A DNA stretch of 64,000 nt from a virus: positions 32,001-96,000 of IMG/VR virus record IMGVR_UViG_3300022885_000003; one strand, given 5' to 3'. Positions 1-8,400 of the stretch are shown in pieces. The position numbers were made by a program, and so were the translations under genes. Within the stretch, counting starts at the first letter, position 1. Each line of letters begins with the position of its first letter. A model generated the notes under the pieces. The model was not told the DNA's origin. It made no database searches and worked only from the letters and a program-made list of their open reading frames with translations.

Positions 1-53
1 TAACCCAACTTGTGTTATTATAATTATGATTATAGAAGCTAGGAAAGCTAACA

Positions 54-338
54 ATGAGTAATGACTTCGAAGTCCCAGGTGAGCTAGAAACACTGCAAGG
101 AGAAATATCTCAATTGATACATGAGACTATCTCAGCAATTCCTACTGATGTAGAGGATGATGAATATACTAACATTCTTAGCACGTTGTCAGATAATATT
201 ATCGCTCATATTGTTCTTGTGGACCCAATAAGAATAGGTGCATCTGTACAAGTCCCTGCTAATGTTATCCATGCCCGGACAATGCACCTAGTTGCTGATG
301 CTTATTTGAAAGATAATGACTCTGAATATAAGGGTTGA
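54..338 (+). CDS. hypothetical acidic protein
   Basis: 94-aa ORF with AGGA RBS and upstream TATAAT. Confidence 0.7.
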   Translation: MSNDFEVPGELETLQGEISQLIHETISAIPTDVEDDEYTNILSTLSDNIIAHIVLVDPIRIGASVQVPANVIHARTMHLVADAYLKDNDSEYKG

Positions 339-363
339 CAATCAATCTAAAATTTAGTATACT
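335..363 (+). promoter_or_regulatory. sigma70-type early promoter
   Basis: TTGACA-N17-TATACT. Confidence 0.7.
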
Positions 364-385
364 TTACCAAATTATGGAGAATGAT

Positions 386-553
386 ATGAGTACGTATTGG
401 TTCCCGATTGGTTTAGCAATTTTTGGAATTGTGATGCTTTCATTTATTTGGTGGCTGCACCAAATGAGAAAAAGGCTTCATCAACAAGGCATTGTTGGTT
501 ATAATGAAGAAATAACCTGGTCGGAATTTTGGAAAAGAATCAAAAGACTTTAA
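386..553 (+). CDS. small single-TM membrane protein
   Basis: GGAGA RBS before ATG 386; hydrophobic WFPIGLAIFGIVMLSFIWWL followed by a basic tail. Confidence 0.7.
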   Translation: MSTYWFPIGLAIFGIVMLSFIWWLHQMRKRLHQQGIVGYNEEITWSEFWKRIKRL

Positions 554-596
554 TTAGTTTTTAATTGTATATAATAGATCTAAGGAAGGAAAAATA

Positions 597-890
597 ATGT
601 TACCTAAAGGCGGAAATCCATTTGCGGGTCCAGAGCGTTTTCAGAAACCTGAAAAGGGCAAGGAAAACAGGACTGTACATTTTGTCTTCGACGAAGTAAC
701 GCTTGAAAAGGCCAAGGATTGGCTCAACGAGGAAGACATGCCATTTAAAACCATGCCTAAGACTCCCAAGAAACCGAAAGATGGCACTCTTTTTATCTTC
801 GATGAGCAGTCCGACGCATTGCTGTTTAGGATGCAATGGGAAGATGAAGATAAGCGTTATTCGAAAAGGACTGGAGGAAAGACTGGATGA
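597..890 (+). CDS. FKLxW-family small protein
   Basis: AAGGAAGG RBS; KDWLNE...FIFDEQSDALLFRMQW. Confidence 0.75.
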   Translation: MLPKGGNPFAGPERFQKPEKGKENRTVHFVFDEVTLEKAKDWLNEEDMPFKTMPKTPKKPKDGTLFIFDEQSDALLFRMQWEDEDKRYSKRTGGKTG

Positions 891-1234
891 CATTTGAACC
901 TAATCAGAAAGTGATGGTTCGTCGACTTGGTGATGGGAAAGAATATCGAGGACGGGTTGTTGGTCTTCATTCCGAACACGACACTTGTTCATTTTATATT
1001 ATCGAAATGATAGATAGAATTGCTAATTCCAAGTGGAGTCATGCAGTGCATATAACCTCGTGCCTTGATGCTGAAGAGTGGGCATTTGATAATCGAAGGG
1101 ATATCGAAAGTCATGTCCAAGAAGAAATGGATAGGGTGTATGGAAAAGATGTTGTAGAAGAAGAGGCAATCTTAGATCACAATGATCGTCCAGAAAACCA
1201 GCCCGGACAGCCGTTTGCGGTCCGTCAACATTAA
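887..1234 (+). CDS. hypothetical protein (possible SH3/KOW-like N-terminus)
   Basis: ATGA-coupled to the previous gene, GGAGG RBS. Confidence 0.7.
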   Translation: MTFEPNQKVMVRRLGDGKEYRGRVVGLHSEHDTCSFYIIEMIDRIANSKWSHAVHITSCLDAEEWAFDNRRDIESHVQEEMDRVYGKDVVEEEAILDHNDRPENQPGQPFAVRQH

Positions 1235-1241
1235 AAAATTG

Positions 1242-1272
1242 TTGACAATTCTATTTTAATCAAGTATAAATA
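1242..1272 (+). promoter_or_regulatory. tRNA promoter: sigma70 site overlapping a T4-like late TATAAATA
   Basis: TTGACA-N17-TATAAATA directly upstream of the tRNA. Confidence 0.65.
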
Positions 1273-1285
1273 TGTTTGTTATTTT

Positions 1286-1358
1286 GCCGCTATAGCTCAG
1301 TTGGTAGAGCGGGTGATTTGTAATCACCAGGCCCGTGGTTCGAATCCTCGTGGCGGCA
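1286..1358 (+). tRNA. tRNA-Thr(UGU), CCA not encoded
   Basis: Cloverleaf: acceptor GCCGCTA/TGGCGGC, D arm GCTC-AGTTGGTA-GAGC, anticodon arm GGTGA-TTTGTAA-TCACC, T loop TTCGAAT; one U-U mismatch in the T stem. Confidence 0.95.
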
Positions 1359-1441
1359 CTCATTTCGCTGGCGGCGTTTCTCCTTGACATGTTATAATAT
1401 CTTTTATACTATATACCGGAACAGATATAGAAAGATTCAAA

Positions 1442-1777
1442 ATGACAAAGAAAACATCTTTTAGGAAAATCGTTGAAGATCAACAGACAAAAATCCTAAA
1501 TTTTTTACAGAATAATAATTCCTTTAGTGATTCGCAGCTAGAATTTCTACAAGCGAAACATAACCCAAAGGGAATTATTTTTAGAAACTTTTACCAAAGT
1601 TATGGGAAAGGAAATGACCAGCAATCCTTTGAGATAATACGCCTTTCCAATAAACATGGTGTATCCAAAGAACATATATTAGAAGCAGATATAAGTTTTC
1701 GATACAACATGGATTCATGTTTTCATTTAGCTGAAAATATGGGTATTAGCATTCGAGAATCTGGAAAATATTATTAA
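1442..1777 (+). CDS. hypothetical protein
   Basis: 111-aa ORF after TTGACA/TATACT-like promoter elements. Confidence 0.65.
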   Translation: MTKKTSFRKIVEDQQTKILNFLQNNNSFSDSQLEFLQAKHNPKGIIFRNFYQSYGKGNDQQSFEIIRLSNKHGVSKEHILEADISFRYNMDSCFHLAENMGISIRESGKYY

Positions 1778-1787
1778 GAATCAAATA

Positions 1788-2084
1788 ATGAATTGTTACA
1801 CAACAGTTATGAATTATGAAGAATTCTTAGCCCTATCAACCCCCGAGGATCGATCTAGATTTCTCTTCAAAGTAGCTAAAATAGACAACGAAAAACGTTT
1901 TAAAGAACAGCCAACCGCCACTCACGATGATCTTATGACAAAGTCATACCAAGAAATATTAAGTTGGTGTGAAGAAAATTGTGAAGAAAATGCACTAGTT
2001 CATCTATCGCGGGGATATGTAATCACAGTATATTTCTCCTCCACTGAAGATTTGGTTAAATTTAAACTAACAATGCAAAAATAA
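1788..2084 (+). CDS. FKLxW-family small protein
   Basis: WCEENC...VYFSSTEDLVKFKLTM. Confidence 0.75.
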   Translation: MNCYTTVMNYEEFLALSTPEDRSRFLFKVAKIDNEKRFKEQPTATHDDLMTKSYQEILSWCEENCEENALVHLSRGYVITVYFSSTEDLVKFKLTMQK

Positions 2085-2199
2085 TAAAAATTATATTGTA
2101 TTCCGATATACCAATCCCATATAATACTACTTTAATGATGCTATGATGGTCATAGCATTTATACAAAACTTTGAAATCTAATTGAAAGAGGGTTTAGTT

Positions 2200-2445
2200 A
2201 TGAATACAGCAAAAGTTCGCCTACCAAACGGTCGTCGTCTAACAGCCGTTGTTGGTGGTATCAACGACACGGGTTATCGCACCGCCAAGGTAAAGATGGT
2301 CCGTTCTGACGGTGAGCAGGTTACTATTGCTGGCCGTATCACTACGCGCCATGGTTTTGACCGCACACTTCCTTTTGAAGTCAACATGCTCGGCACAAAT
2401 GCCATTCATGCTTTCGAAGGAGATGACACAGTTTACTCAAAGTAA
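2200..2445 (+). CDS. hypothetical basic beta-rich protein
   Basis: GAGGG RBS before ATG 2200; followed by a terminator-like hairpin. Confidence 0.7.
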   Translation: MNTAKVRLPNGRRLTAVVGGINDTGYRTAKVKMVRSDGEQVTIAGRITTRHGFDRTLPFEVNMLGTNAIHAFEGDDTVYSK

Positions 2446-2465
2446 ATTGTCGACGATTGTACAGT

Positions 2466-2508
2466 GAAAAAGCGTCGATCGGTGTTAGGGTGCTGACGGC
2501 GTTTTTTC
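2466..2508 (+). terminator. putative intrinsic terminator
   Basis: GAAAAAGCGTCG...CGGCGTTTTTTC imperfect inverted repeat with U tract. Confidence 0.5.
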
Positions 2509-2548
2509 ATTTGTAATACATTGACATCATTAATGAAAATATCGCTTT

Positions 2549-2824
2549 ATGCTATATAAATATACGAAATACAATCCCTGTACGTACAGATTAATCGATC
2601 ATTATGAACATCACATAATAATTGAAAAGCATGAACATCAAATTGTATTCCCAAATAACCATATGGATGATAAAATATTTGAATGGTGCAATGAAATAAT
2701 TGGAAACTTTTGTACTCCATTCAATAAAACACGTTCATTCGCTTGTTCAAGTCGGCACTCGGATCCATTTTATGTGTTTACTTCTTACGACGATGCGTTA
2801 TTGTTTAAGGTGACGTGGGAATAG
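2549..2824 (+). CDS. FKLxW-family small protein
   Basis: EWCNE...VFTSYDDALLFKVTW; TTGACA upstream. Confidence 0.75.
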   Translation: MLYKYTKYNPCTYRLIDHYEHHIIIEKHEHQIVFPNNHMDDKIFEWCNEIIGNFCTPFNKTRSFACSSRHSDPFYVFTSYDDALLFKVTWE

Positions 2825-2888
2825 AAATTGACATAATCTTAAATAATGTTATACTCTATCTATACAGAGATAATTGCAGGATTAAAAT

Positions 2889-3068
2889 ATGTCATTTGAA
2901 ATTCAGAATAAACCGGCATTAATTTGTGGCGTTGTGTTCATGTGTCTATCCTTGATACCTGGATATGACACGATAGTATTAGATGCTGGGCCGATACCAT
3001 TTCTTTTATTTCCAATTTTCATAGCCGTATCACTAGGATCTCTTGCTGCGGCATTTACAAAAATTTAA
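2889..3068 (+). CDS. 59-aa two-TM membrane protein (below the ORF-track cut-off)
   Basis: MSFEIQNKPALICGVVFMCLSLIPG...FLLFPIFIAVSLGSLAAAFTKI*; AGGA RBS, TTGACA promoter at 2828. Confidence 0.65.
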   Translation: MSFEIQNKPALICGVVFMCLSLIPGYDTIVLDAGPIPFLLFPIFIAVSLGSLAAAFTKI

Positions 3069-3171
3069 ATCGAGACGGGAATGATAGAAAGATATTTTTA
3101 CAAATATCACGCAATGTTATCATTTTTAAGGTATTGTAACTTTCTCAAAAATTGCTATAATAACAGATATT

Positions 3172-3396
3172 ATGACATCATATATTGTTAGATACCAACA
3201 TTATCACGACCCTTTTGAAAGCCACGAAAGCGAAGTCGTTGATTGGTTAAAGTATAATACCGACAATGGCTATATTAAGGAGTCTAATTGGGATATGACG
3301 ATAAACAGCAATCTCGAGGCCATATATAGCAGGATATTAAGAGTTCGCTTCATGAACAAAGACGACGCCATAATATTTAAATTGAGATGGGTATGA
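3172..3396 (+). CDS. FKLxW-family small protein
   Basis: DWLKYN...RFMNKDDAIIFKLRW. Confidence 0.75.
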   Translation: MTSYIVRYQHYHDPFESHESEVVDWLKYNTDNGYIKESNWDMTINSNLEAIYSRILRVRFMNKDDAIIFKLRWV

Positions 3397-3776
3397 TAGC
3401 AGGATTTACAGGAACACAAAGCACAATGTCAACGGATCAATTTGATCGATTAGTTAAATTATGCAAAGATTATAAAATAACCGAATTGCATCACGGTGAC
3501 TGTGTTGGAGCCGATGCAGTTGCACACGATATTGCGGAATCACTTAACATTCGAACCGTAATTCACCCACCAATTAAACCATTCAAACGGGCGTTTAAGA
3601 AGGGTGATATGATATTGCCGATGAAAGATTATTTGGTCAGAAACCGAGACATTGTTAATGCCTCGGAAATTCTGTTTGCTTGCCCCAAAGGACCAGAAGA
3701 ATTACGTTCAGGAACTTGGTCAACGGTTAGATATGCTCGGCGAGTTAAGAAACCAATTGAAATTGTTATGCCTTAA
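3393..3776 (+). CDS. SLOG-superfamily (DprA/YspA-like) nucleotide-binding protein
   Basis: GFTGT, HHGDCVGAD, RNRDIV, SGTWSTVRYA motifs. Confidence 0.75.
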   Translation: MIAGFTGTQSTMSTDQFDRLVKLCKDYKITELHHGDCVGADAVAHDIAESLNIRTVIHPPIKPFKRAFKKGDMILPMKDYLVRNRDIVNASEILFACPKGPEELRSGTWSTVRYARRVKKPIEIVMP

Positions 3777-6700
3777 CTATTGTCTTTCTGTTCAGACTTC
3801 AAGCAACCATATGTTTCAACCGTTTCACCAGTATTTGCATTTTTAGATTCAAGAATAACATCAAATCCCCATAACGTATGAACATGTTTTAACATTTCAT
3901 CGGTATTATTATTCAATGGTATTTCATTTCTCATATAATGTGTTAGATACAATGTACGGTCTCCAAGTATATCGAAATCCGTAATCTGAATATCTGGAAG
4001 AATGCGATTAAGCTGATATTGCTTAGATAGAATTGATCGAACACGTTTGAAACCATAATCATCGTGAATGTTACTTACATCATATACTGGTCTTTTATTA
4101 TTATCATGAAGACTAAACAAATGCATCTTACGAATCAAGTGCGGTGATAGATATTGCAAAATAAATGATTCATCTTTGAAGTTTTCCATTGCATAATTTA
4201 ATGTAGGGAGCCAGGGCTGACCAACAATACTTGGAAACCATTCTTCATCTTCTTTAGTTGGCTTTTCACACATTCTTTTGATATCATGGAAGATATTGAA
4301 TCCAAGATAATACGGATTAAAACCACCTTGATAATATGGTGAATCAAAATCTGGCTGGAATACAACACCAGAGTGACTCTTTAGAAATTCAAGCATATTT
4401 CCATCCGAAATTCTATCCTGTTCCCATAAATCATACATCAAATGGTGATGCCAAAAACTTGCCCACCCTTCGTTCATAACTTTTGTATTATGGGATATTA
4501 ATCCATCAGTCCAAAATAAATGATTTTCTGGAACAGTTACATCATATACCCATTCTATATTTCCCTTTTCTATACTTACTATTTCATCATAATAATTATT
4601 AGATGCATTGCTTATTAATTCTAATGCTTCTTTTATTTTCGGATGACAATCTTTAATTTTTTCTAAACGTTTAATTAAGCAATATGATATTTGCTCAATC
4701 GCTACGTTATTTAGAGATAGATTAGGGAAGGCATCTAAACAATCTAATCCGGTATCTTTTAATAACAAATTATTTTTTACCTTATATGCGTAATTACTCT
4801 TTTGGTAGTTATCAGTAGCTGTATGGGCAATCTGTAATTTTTTAATAGCAGCCTTGGCTTCGATTAATACTTCTTTTCCGTTAGGAATAACTCTATTACC
4901 TTTTAGTAGTTTGATTTTAGACCGCTTAGTTCCTATTTCATCATAGAACTTGTTAGTAAAATCTGAATATATTTTTAAAGAATAATCAACGGCTTTAATA
5001 TCTTCACAATCCGGAATATTTAAAGCAAATGCAATAGACTCGAATGATTCTCTTTCTTTTATGTTGACTTTTGGTATTATACCGAAACCAGTCAGTATTA
5101 CTGATAACGTTTGTAAGTCATCATAATCGTCAGAATAACCGGCGATGGCAATGTTACCACGTTCATACGATTTTTTTGAAATTCTGGTATCAAAGAAACC
5201 ACTTAGATATTCTTTCATGTATTCTTTTTTCAAACTAAGAACAAACTTTGGTAATTCATGTCTTCTAGTTATAGATATATTTTTAAACCATATGTCTTTT
5301 AACATCATAGAAGCAAATTCGACTTTATACGACGAATAATATTCTTTAGATTTAACAACAATGCCAAACACTTTGTTGAGTAAATGAACAACGTCATCTG
5401 CTATTTCTTTTGTATCTGTAACGAATTTAAATAAAGATGCCGTTCGTCTATAGTCTGTAATAGTAGCACCCGATAAATAACCAAATAACCTGGCCGAATC
5501 ATTATTAAAATGTGTAGGCATTTTCGTTATTTTGTTTTTTGACATAGTTAATTTATATTCGTCTGAAATACAACTACCATATTCTTTTTTGTAAAAATCT
5601 ATATCGATACTATGCCGTTGTACAATATGACTTGCAATCGAGGAAGATTGTAAACCACATATCTTACATTCGATAACATCTAAATTATATTTAGGATATT
5701 TTATTTCTACTTCTTTATGCCCGAATATATCATAATCTAATTTATAAACAAGATATTCACCAGGACTCATATCCTCTAAACGCGTCATACATACTAAACC
5801 ATTATTAGATAATACTTGTAATGGGTGTTCAGGAGTGGCTGTAAAGGTTCTACCAGATTTAGTAGTTATTTTAAATGTGTCAGCTTGTTTTTTATATGTA
5901 TGAGAAATAGCTGTCGTTTTATTGCCTTCGGTTAATAAATTAAACCCAGGATGTTCTGCGATTCCTTCTGTTACGATTAGGTCTTGTAATCTAATTAAAC
6001 CATTTTCATTACTAACAAAATGATTACCAGTAAGACACTGCATTTGTGGATAAAAATACTGAGCCATTTTGCGGACGATGCGGACAATTTCACGCTGCCA
6101 CTGTTCAAGTACAGGACTATTTTTCTCAATGAAATATAAAAGGTTTTCTTGTGGTTCGCTCAAGAATTTTTTCTTTCTGGCGTCTTGATCTTCCTTCTTC
6201 GTTGGTGGAAGCGTTTTCCATAAGTCATCAACTTGGCTTTGTCGATAAGTTTCTCTATCTTGTTGCCTTAATAATTCTTTAGACTTGGAAAGCTTACGTG
6301 GCTTTTTATAGCGGTCGACACCATGATTCATAAGTGCGTGACATGAATCAAGTGTCTCTTCGACCTTTTCCTGGCCATAACGTTCTTCACATTGTTTGAT
6401 ATAACGGCGGGCGAAAACTACATAATCAATGATTGCATCAGCATCAGTCCATTCTTTAAACAGGAAATTGTTCTTAAAGAAATTATTGTGGCCATAGCCG
6501 GCATGAGCAATAACCAATGTTTGCATAGTCATGCTGTTCTCTTCCATAAGATAATTGATGGTTGGGTTAGAGTTAATAACAATCTCATATGCCAATCCCA
6601 TTGCGCCTCTTTTATAATTTTGTTCATCATGGAGGAACCTTTTTCCATAACTCCAGTGGTGATACATATTTGGCATACCAACGGAAGTATATGCATCCAA

Positions 6701-6844
6701 CATTTCAGCTGAGCCGATAATTTCGTACTGATTAGGATAACAGTCCATGCCATATGTTCCTATAGCGATATCGGCAATCGCTTTGTCAACTTCAGCAATC
6801 TTTTCAAATGTCCAATCATTGTTTGTATATAATAACTTACTCAT
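3773..6844 (-). CDS. spoVR: SpoVR/YcgB family protein interrupted by an intein
   Basis: GLAYEIVINSNP, LVIAHAGYGHNNFFKNN, YFYPQ..TKVMNEGWASFWH; exteins total 506 aa. Confidence 0.93.
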   Translation of the reverse strand: MSKLLYTNNDWTFEKIAEVDKAIADIAIGTYGMDCYPNQYEIIGSAEMLDAYTSVGMPNMYHHWSYGKRFLHDEQNYKRGAMGLAYEIVINSNPTINYLMEENSMTMQTLVIAHAGYGHNNFFKNNFLFKEWTDADAIIDYVVFARRYIKQCEERYGQEKVEETLDSCHALMNHGVDRYKKPRKLSKSKELLRQQDRETYRQSQVDDLWKTLPPTKKEDQDARKKKFLSEPQENLLYFIEKNSPVLEQWQREIVRIVRKMAQYFYPQMQCLTGNHFVSNENGLIRLQDLIVTEGIAEHPGFNLLTEGNKTTAISHTYKKQADTFKITTKSGRTFTATPEHPLQVLSNNGLVCMTRLEDMSPGEYLVYKLDYDIFGHKEVEIKYPKYNLDVIECKICGLQSSSIASHIVQRHSIDIDFYKKEYGSCISDEYKLTMSKNKITKMPTHFNNDSARLFGYLSGATITDYRRTASLFKFVTDTKEIADDVVHLLNKVFGIVVKSKEYYSSYKVEFASMMLKDIWFKNISITRRHELPKFVLSLKKEYMKEYLSGFFDTRISKKSYERGNIAIAGYSDDYDDLQTLSVILTGFGIIPKVNIKERESFESIAFALNIPDCEDIKAVDYSLKIYSDFTNKFYDEIGTKRSKIKLLKGNRVIPNGKEVLIEAKAAIKKLQIAHTATDNYQKSNYAYKVKNNLLLKDTGLDCLDAFPNLSLNNVAIEQISYCLIKRLEKIKDCHPKIKEALELISNASNNYYDEIVSIEKGNIEWVYDVTVPENHLFWTDGLISHNTKVMNEGWASFWHHHLMYDLWEQDRISDGNMLEFLKSHSGVVFQPDFDSPYYQGGFNPYYLGFNIFHDIKRMCEKPTKEDEEWFPSIVGQPWLPTLNYAMENFKDESFILQYLSPHLIRKMHLFSLHDNNKRPVYDVSNIHDDYGFKRVRSILSKQYQLNRILPDIQITDFDILGDRTLYLTHYMRNEIPLNNNTDEMLKHVHTLWGFDVILESKNANTGETVETYGCLKSEQKDNS
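4487..6037 (-). mobile_element. intein (517 aa) with a degenerate LAGLIDADG-type homing endonuclease region and a C2H2-like Zn finger
   Basis: Begins at Q|CLTGNH, block B TATPEHP, YLSGFFD motif, block F VYDVTVPENHLF, ends HN|T; CKIC...H...H insert. Confidence 0.93.
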
Positions 6845-8120
6845 CTAGTCCACCTTTCTTAAAGAGGTCACGGAAAATTGGGTATATTTCGTTTGGTGTA
6901 TCAACCTTCCTCATATGGAATCGTTCTTCCTGAATTTTCTCATAATTCTTCCAAAGTTCGGAGTCTACACCACCATTATCATAAAAGTGGGACCAATGCC
7001 CCTGGTCATGCCCTACCTCAACATATGCATAATATTGAACCTTGGGGAAAATATCATTAACCAGCATATCAATTACCTTAGTGGTATCTCCACCATAATT
7101 ATCACCATCAGATGCTTGTGCAAAATAAATGTTATAATCAGAAGTTGGATAACGATCAGTTATAATCTTATTCGCCAATTCAATAGCAGATGATACAACT
7201 GTTCCACCAGATTCCTTTGAGTAAAAGAATTCTTGTTCATCTACTTCAGCAGCAACATGATGATGTCGTATAAAGATAATATCAACTTTTTCATACTTTC
7301 TTTCAAGAAACAAATAAAGCAACATAAAGAATCTTTTTGCTAAGTCCTTTTCATATTCACCCATTGAACCCGAGACGTCCATCATACATATCATTACTGC
7401 TTGGGTAGAAGGTTCTGGCCTTTTTTCAAAATTGTTATAACGTAAATCGACATCATCAATAAAGGGTACCAGGTCCCTTTCTTTAAGTGCTAATGCAATT
7501 TCGTCATCGAATATGTCTCTTTCTTTTTTAGTTTTAGCTTTCTTTTTGTCTTCTTCAATTTTATCAATATCTTTATCGTATATAGATTGCATTGCAATTT
7601 GTCGACCAAGAGCCGCTTGCATTGATCTGACAATATTTAAATTTGCTGGATTACCAACAGCCGAATACCCTGATCGTTTTAATTTAAAGACGTCTTGATC
7701 TTTAAGTTGGGTTTTAATAAGGTCAGGGAGTTCTAGGTCTTCAAAGAAGAAATCCAAAAATTCTTCTCTAGTTAAATTAAAGGAGAATTCGTCTTCTCCA
7801 TCACCGTCAGCTGAGCCTTCGCTCCCGCCCCCACCAGAACCACCTTCTGGTTTCTTAATGGAGTCACCAACAAGTTTATCTTTGTTGCCTGGAAGAATGA
7901 AATCTCTGTTACCACCCTTGCCGTTACCAAAGGTCGGTTCCCCTATTCCTTTCTGTGGAATAGTAATTTTCTCTCCGCTGTCGATATCTTTGATATTCCG
8001 TTTCTGAACTATTTCATCTACTTGTTTTTTAATAGTTTTTCTAGCACGCTTTATAAAGCGGCGGCGGTTATCAAGGCTCTTCTTATTACTACTTTTTCTC
8101 CGGTCTACAATAGTGCTCAC
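6837..8120 (-). CDS. yeaH: YeaH/YhbH (DUF444) vWA-domain protein
   Basis: GTG start at 8120 with AAGGAGG RBS; MMDVSGSMG MIDAS motif, SGGTVVSSA, QASDGDN. Confidence 0.92.
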   Translation of the reverse strand: MSTIVDRRKSSNKKSLDNRRRFIKRARKTIKKQVDEIVQKRNIKDIDSGEKITIPQKGIGEPTFGNGKGGNRDFILPGNKDKLVGDSIKKPEGGSGGGGSEGSADGDGEDEFSFNLTREEFLDFFFEDLELPDLIKTQLKDQDVFKLKRSGYSAVGNPANLNIVRSMQAALGRQIAMQSIYDKDIDKIEEDKKKAKTKKERDIFDDEIALALKERDLVPFIDDVDLRYNNFEKRPEPSTQAVMICMMDVSGSMGEYEKDLAKRFFMLLYLFLERKYEKVDIIFIRHHHVAAEVDEQEFFYSKESGGTVVSSAIELANKIITDRYPTSDYNIYFAQASDGDNYGGDTTKVIDMLVNDIFPKVQYYAYVEVGHDQGHWSHFYDNGGVDSELWKNYEKIQEERFHMRKVDTPNEIYPIFRDLFKKGGLDE

Positions 8121-8283
8121 TGGAAGCCTCCTTACCATTGGGGGAATAGTTATTACAATACTATTTATTATTTTGGAAAATAGTTCATTCGATTTCATGC
8201 AATTTTATTTTAATAACGCTATGTTTTTTAATAATAAATAAAAGATAACATTAAAATTATGTTATATAATACCCATTAACTCC

Positions 8284-8316
8284 ACCCCGGGCTTACTTTT
8301 GCCCGGGGTCTTTTTT
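8284..8316 (+). terminator. intrinsic terminator oriented on the + strand
   Basis: ACCCCGGGC-loop-GCCCGGGGT followed by CTTTTTT. Confidence 0.7.
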
Positions 8317-8340
8317 GACTTAAATTCTAATCAAATTACA

Positions 8341-8372
8341 AAAAAGCCCCAGGATTATGTCCCAGGGCTTTT
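8341..8372 (-). terminator. prkA terminator (likely bidirectional)
   Basis: AAAAAGCCC...GGGCTTTT hairpin just after the prkA stop. Confidence 0.65.
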
Positions 8373-8400
8373 AAGTTGTAATGTACGTATTTTATTACTT

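Noticed and set aside
8121-8198. N-terminal extension of yeaH in the ORF track
   Set aside because: AAGGAGG precedes GTG 8120 and family similarity starts at IVDRR; the extension overlaps the promoter
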